Origin: an uncultured delta proteobacterium
GTDB taxonomy: Bacteria; Desulfobacterota; Syntrophia; Syntrophales; Smithellaceae
Direction of reading: 5' to 3'
DNA: 64,000 nucleotides
Assembly: GCA_963762595.1 (NCBI GenBank)
Contig: CAVXLI010000025.1
Span: forward strand, 90,366 to 154,365
The notes beneath the pieces were generated by a model. The model was not told where the DNA came from. It saw nothing but the letters and a program-made list of their open reading frames with translations, and searched no databases. Position numbers and translations under genes: made by a program. Positions 61,159-64,000 of the stretch are shown piece after piece (within the stretch, counting starts at the first letter, position 1; each line of letters opens with the position of its first letter).

Positions 61159-62289
61159 ATGAAAAATAGATTGGTTTTTCTTTGTTTTACGGTTTTATTT
61201 TGCTGGGGATTAACCCCGGCATATAGCCAGGAAAAATGCGTTAATACCGAGGCGGAAGCAGCTATTATTAATAACGATATTCCTTCAGCCAAGCTGGAAG
61301 CCATTGCCCGTGCTAAATGGTCGGCAATCGAACAGGTTGTCGGGACCGAAATCAAAGCGCAAAGTTTTGTGCAAAACTTTACTCTGGTAGAAGATGTTAT
61401 TAAAACAAAAGCGGGCGGTGTAGTTAAAAGTTATAAAATAATAGATCAGAAAAACACCACAGATAATGTCAATGTCAAAATTAACGCTTGCGTGGAGCCG
61501 GCCAGCGCCAAGGAGGCCGTTTCCCAGTTGGGATTAAATAATTCTATTGCTATTTTTATTCCCGCACGAAAGCCTGGCCGAAGCGGCGATGAATTTGAAG
61601 AAACAAATATCCTTTCAGAAACACTTATCAATAAGCTCACTGAACAAAGCTACACAGTTGTCGATGTCGCCCCTACTAACGCCCTCGATGCCAAAGTAAT
61701 CGAAAATGCCGTGCGCAGCGGCAGCACCTTAACTGTACGCAGCATGATGTATAAATTTTTATCCAACTTGATTATTATCGGCAAAGTTGACTATACAATT
61801 TCCACCAAAAAAGGGGAAAACATCGGCTATGGTCTCTCTATGCCCTTTAATAATGTTACTGTTCGTCTGACCTACCGGATCATTGCCAAGAACAATAAGA
61901 CCGGCAATATGGAAATATTAACCGCGGGCACCGAGCAGGCTAAAGGACTGGCGAACAGCATGGAAGACGCGGCCGCTGAAGCGATGAAAGAACTGGCGCA
62001 AAATCTGGCGCCTGTAATTTTAGACAAAGTCGGTCAATACATCAAAAGCAACGCAAAGAAAGTCGCCATTAAGATTAACGGCGTAAGCGATATAGAAATG
62101 GTTATGGAAATTAAAGGGATACTGCAAAGTATTGTCTGGGTTTCGGAAGTAGAAGAAAAGCAAATGGGCGATTTTATCGTCAGCTATCCCGAAAACACGC
62201 TTTACCTAGCCAACAGTATCAAACAAAAAGGAAATTTTAAAGTCGTTAATTTTTCGCCTTATTCTCTTATTTTGGATTACCAAAAATAA
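61159..62289 (+). CDS. Secreted protein of unknown function (signal peptide; possible LPP20/FlgT-like N-terminal domain)
   Basis: This is an intact 376-aa ORF with the signal MKNRLVFLCFTVLFCWGLTPAYS. It is the first gene of a three-gene + strand cluster. The family assignment is tentative. Confidence 0.5.
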   Translation: MKNRLVFLCFTVLFCWGLTPAYSQEKCVNTEAEAAIINNDIPSAKLEAIARAKWSAIEQVVGTEIKAQSFVQNFTLVEDVIKTKAGGVVKSYKIIDQKNTTDNVNVKINACVEPASAKEAVSQLGLNNSIAIFIPARKPGRSGDEFEETNILSETLINKLTEQSYTVVDVAPTNALDAKVIENAVRSGSTLTVRSMMYKFLSNLIIIGKVDYTISTKKGENIGYGLSMPFNNVTVRLTYRIIAKNNKTGNMEILTAGTEQAKGLANSMEDAAAEAMKELAQNLAPVILDKVGQYIKSNAKKVAIKINGVSDIEMVMEIKGILQSIVWVSEVEEKQMGDFIVSYPENTLYLANSIKQKGNFKVVNFSPYSLILDYQK

Positions 62290-62339
62290 GGCGGCCCAGT
62301 TTCTTAATTGATAAAGATATTTCAAGGAGGACATGGATA

Positions 62340-63065
62340 ATGAAAAAAATTATTTTACTTGTTCTGGGGTGTCTTATTTTGGGGAGCTCGGTAATAGCTT
62401 TAGCTGCGGAAAAACCGCGCATCGGTGTTTTGCGTTTCACCAATAATACGCGTGCTTACTGGTGGACTAGTTCCGCCGCTTCCGAGATGCAGGATATGCT
62501 GATTAACGAACTTATGTCCACCAAAGCTTTTCAGGTTTTGGAACGTAAGGAGCTTAGCTCAGTACTGAGCGAACAGCAACTTAGCGAGTCCGGTTTGGTA
62601 GATTCTTCCACGAAAATGAAGCTAGGAAAGATCAAAGGAGCGAAATACTTGGTGGCGGCGACTGTTTCCGCTTTTGAAGAAAGCACCAGCGGTACCGACG
62701 GCGGTATTCAATACAAAGGTTTTTCTTTTGGGGGAGAGCAAAAGAAAGCCTATATTGCCGTTGATCTGAAAGTAATCGATACGGAAACTGGCGAAATTAC
62801 CGATTCCCGCACAATTGAGGCAAATTCTACTTCCGGCGGCATGAGCATCAGCGGCCCCTCCGGAATCGTCCCCGGGCTTTCCGGCAACTTAAGCAAACAG
62901 GAAAAAACTCCCACGGGTAAGGCTATCCGCGGTTGCATTATAGAAATAACCGATTACCTAGAATGTTCACTGGCAATAAAGGATGAAGAATGCCGTCAAA
63001 AATATTCGACAAAAGAAACTAAAAGAAGACAAAGAACCAAATCATCTATTCAACTCGACGAATAA
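62340..63065 (+). CDS. CsgG/HfaB-family (curli-channel-like) protein
   Basis: It has a signal peptide, then KPRIGVLRFTN..MQDMLINELMSTKAFQVLERKELSSVLSEQQLSESG..AKYLVAATVSAFEE..YIAVDLKVIDTETGEI. Confidence 0.7.
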   Translation: MKKIILLVLGCLILGSSVIALAAEKPRIGVLRFTNNTRAYWWTSSAASEMQDMLINELMSTKAFQVLERKELSSVLSEQQLSESGLVDSSTKMKLGKIKGAKYLVAATVSAFEESTSGTDGGIQYKGFSFGGEQKKAYIAVDLKVIDTETGEITDSRTIEANSTSGGMSISGPSGIVPGLSGNLSKQEKTPTGKAIRGCIIEITDYLECSLAIKDEECRQKYSTKETKRRQRTKSSIQLDE

Positions 63066-63080
63066 TAAAGGGAGGGAAAG

Positions 63081-64000
63081 ATGCGTACCGTGCGCGGATT
63101 GGTTGATAGGTTTAAGATTTTTATTGGTTTTTTTATTATTTTATTAATGCTTTCAGGATGTGCGACAAAAATCAAAGTAAATATGCTTCAGCCCGCACAA
63201 TATCACGAGGCGTCGCTGACAAAAATCGTAGCTGTACTGCCTTTCAGCGGCAGGGAAGGCAAAGAATTCACCGCCGAAATTGAAGGAGTTTTAGCGGGTA
63301 TCGGCATTGACGATAAACCCTATTTTACTCTTGTTGACCGTACCTCTCTTGATAAAACCATCAACGAAATGCAGCTTTCTCAAAGCGGCATGGTGGACCA
63401 GAAAACAGCGGTAAAGATCGGTAAACTTGTCGGTGCCCATGGTATTTATACCGGAGTTGTCATCCGAAATAGCTATGATGATAGCCCCTATTATGAAAAT
63501 CGTTCAACTTGTGTGCAGTACGAACAAAAAAGAGATAAAGACGGCAATTTATATCGTGGCACCTGTATTTCGTGGCGACAGTACAACGCTAACTGTGTAA
63601 AAAGAGTCGCTAACTTTGCAGTTTCTCCCAAGTTAGTCGATGTTACTACCGGCCGAATTCTTTATTCCCGTAATCTTTCCGCTTCGACAAATTCTTCCGG
63701 CTGCGATGATACGCGACCGGCACAAAATGGAAGTGAACTTTTAGAAAGAGCCAAGGAATCGGTCAAAAATGATTTCCGGCGCGATATTGCCCCATACTAT
63801 GTCACAAAGGAAATTAGTTTAATGGACTCCACCGATGGCATCGAAGCAAAGGAAGCTAAGGAGAAGCTGAAAAGCGGTTTGGAATACGCGGATAAAGGTA
63901 GAATGGATAAAGCCTGCGAACTATGGGGAGAAGCGCGCAATGTCGCCCCCAATTCTTATGCCTTGCTTTATAACCTGGGCGCCTGTGCCGAAAGCCGGGG
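63081..64000 (+). CDS. Lipoprotein with CsgG/LpoB-like domain and C-terminal TPR, 3'-truncated by the window edge
   Basis: I translated it by hand. It has the RBS agggaggg and the lipobox LSGC. It reads KIVAVLPFSG..LVDRTSLDKTINEMQLSQSGMVDQ..IGKLVGAHGIYTGVV, contains four Cys, and ends ..GRMDKACELWGEARNVAPNSYALLYNLG. Confidence 0.65.
   Translation, partial: MRTVRGLVDRFKIFIGFFIILLMLSGCATKIKVNMLQPAQYHEASLTKIVAVLPFSGREGKEFTAEIEGVLAGIGIDDKPYFTLVDRTSLDKTINEMQLSQSGMVDQKTAVKIGKLVGAHGIYTGVVIRNSYDDSPYYENRSTCVQYEQKRDKDGNLYRGTCISWRQYNANCVKRVANFAVSPKLVDVTTGRILYSRNLSASTNSSGCDDTRPAQNGSELLERAKESVKNDFRRDIAPYYVTKEISLMDSTDGIEAKEAKEKLKSGLEYADKGRMDKACELWGEARNVAPNSYALLYNLGACAESR

Noticed and set aside
1-64000. 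I considered genome decay or a pseudogene-rich (host-restricted) lifestyle as the explanation for the many split genes.
   Set aside because: Essential single-copy genes are hit as often as accessory ones. The encoded sequences are otherwise well conserved. Every junction I resolved is a +/-1 change in an A/T homopolymer. Sequencing or consensus error is the simpler explanation.

Overview
This is a 64-kb chromosomal window, mostly housekeeping genes, about three quarters of them on the minus strand. The gene order (rimP-nusA-infB-DUF503-rbfA-nrnA-truB-rpsO-pnp-dut; pilMNOPQ; four-subunit 2-oxoacid:ferredoxin oxidoreductase; COG1900 homocysteine gene) looks like Desulfobacterota/deltaproteobacterial-type genomes. 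That placement is inference only.

Five things stand out.

1. About 30 genes, including essential single-copy ones (infB, nusA, rpsU, yidC, rnpA, holA, mnmE), are broken by frame switches. Wherever I resolved one by hand it sat in an A/T homopolymer, so I read them as consensus indel errors, not pseudogenes. I give gene spans as reconstructed across the frame switches.

2. Between tRNA-Gly(CCC) and hisD lie two small + strand gene cassettes: a small membrane protein, and an RHH antitoxin with a RelE/ParE toxin. Each ends in a 55-57-nt attC-like imperfect hairpin (AAC-N5-box ... box-N5-GTTAG). The outer boxes obey integron cassette-boundary logic. No integrase lies in the window, so this looks like a CALIN-type array.

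3. At least eight intergenic gaps carry a mosaic repeat family. A conserved linker of about 14 nt (GTTAGyyGAATTAAT) alternates with several different hairpin modules. The modules are shuffled, inverted, nested and tandemly duplicated between loci, they show compensatory stem changes, and they often have GCGAAGC at the loop tip. A second, unrelated repeat of about 60-100 bp occurs twice.

4. A glycosylation-type locus holds three tandem paralogues of a TMTC/PMT-like GT-C membrane protein with C-terminal TPRs, two GT2 genes and two SAM methyltransferases.

5. A three-gene cluster of secreted proteins or lipoproteins built around CsgG-like domains runs off the 3' edge.

Smaller items are a perfect 42-bp A/T palindrome upstream of a small XRE regulator, a 2 x 77-bp tandem repeat abutting the gcvH stop codon, and an in-frame helicase-patatin fusion that is probably an A8-run artefact. 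I found no rRNA, CRISPR array, transposase or integrase.
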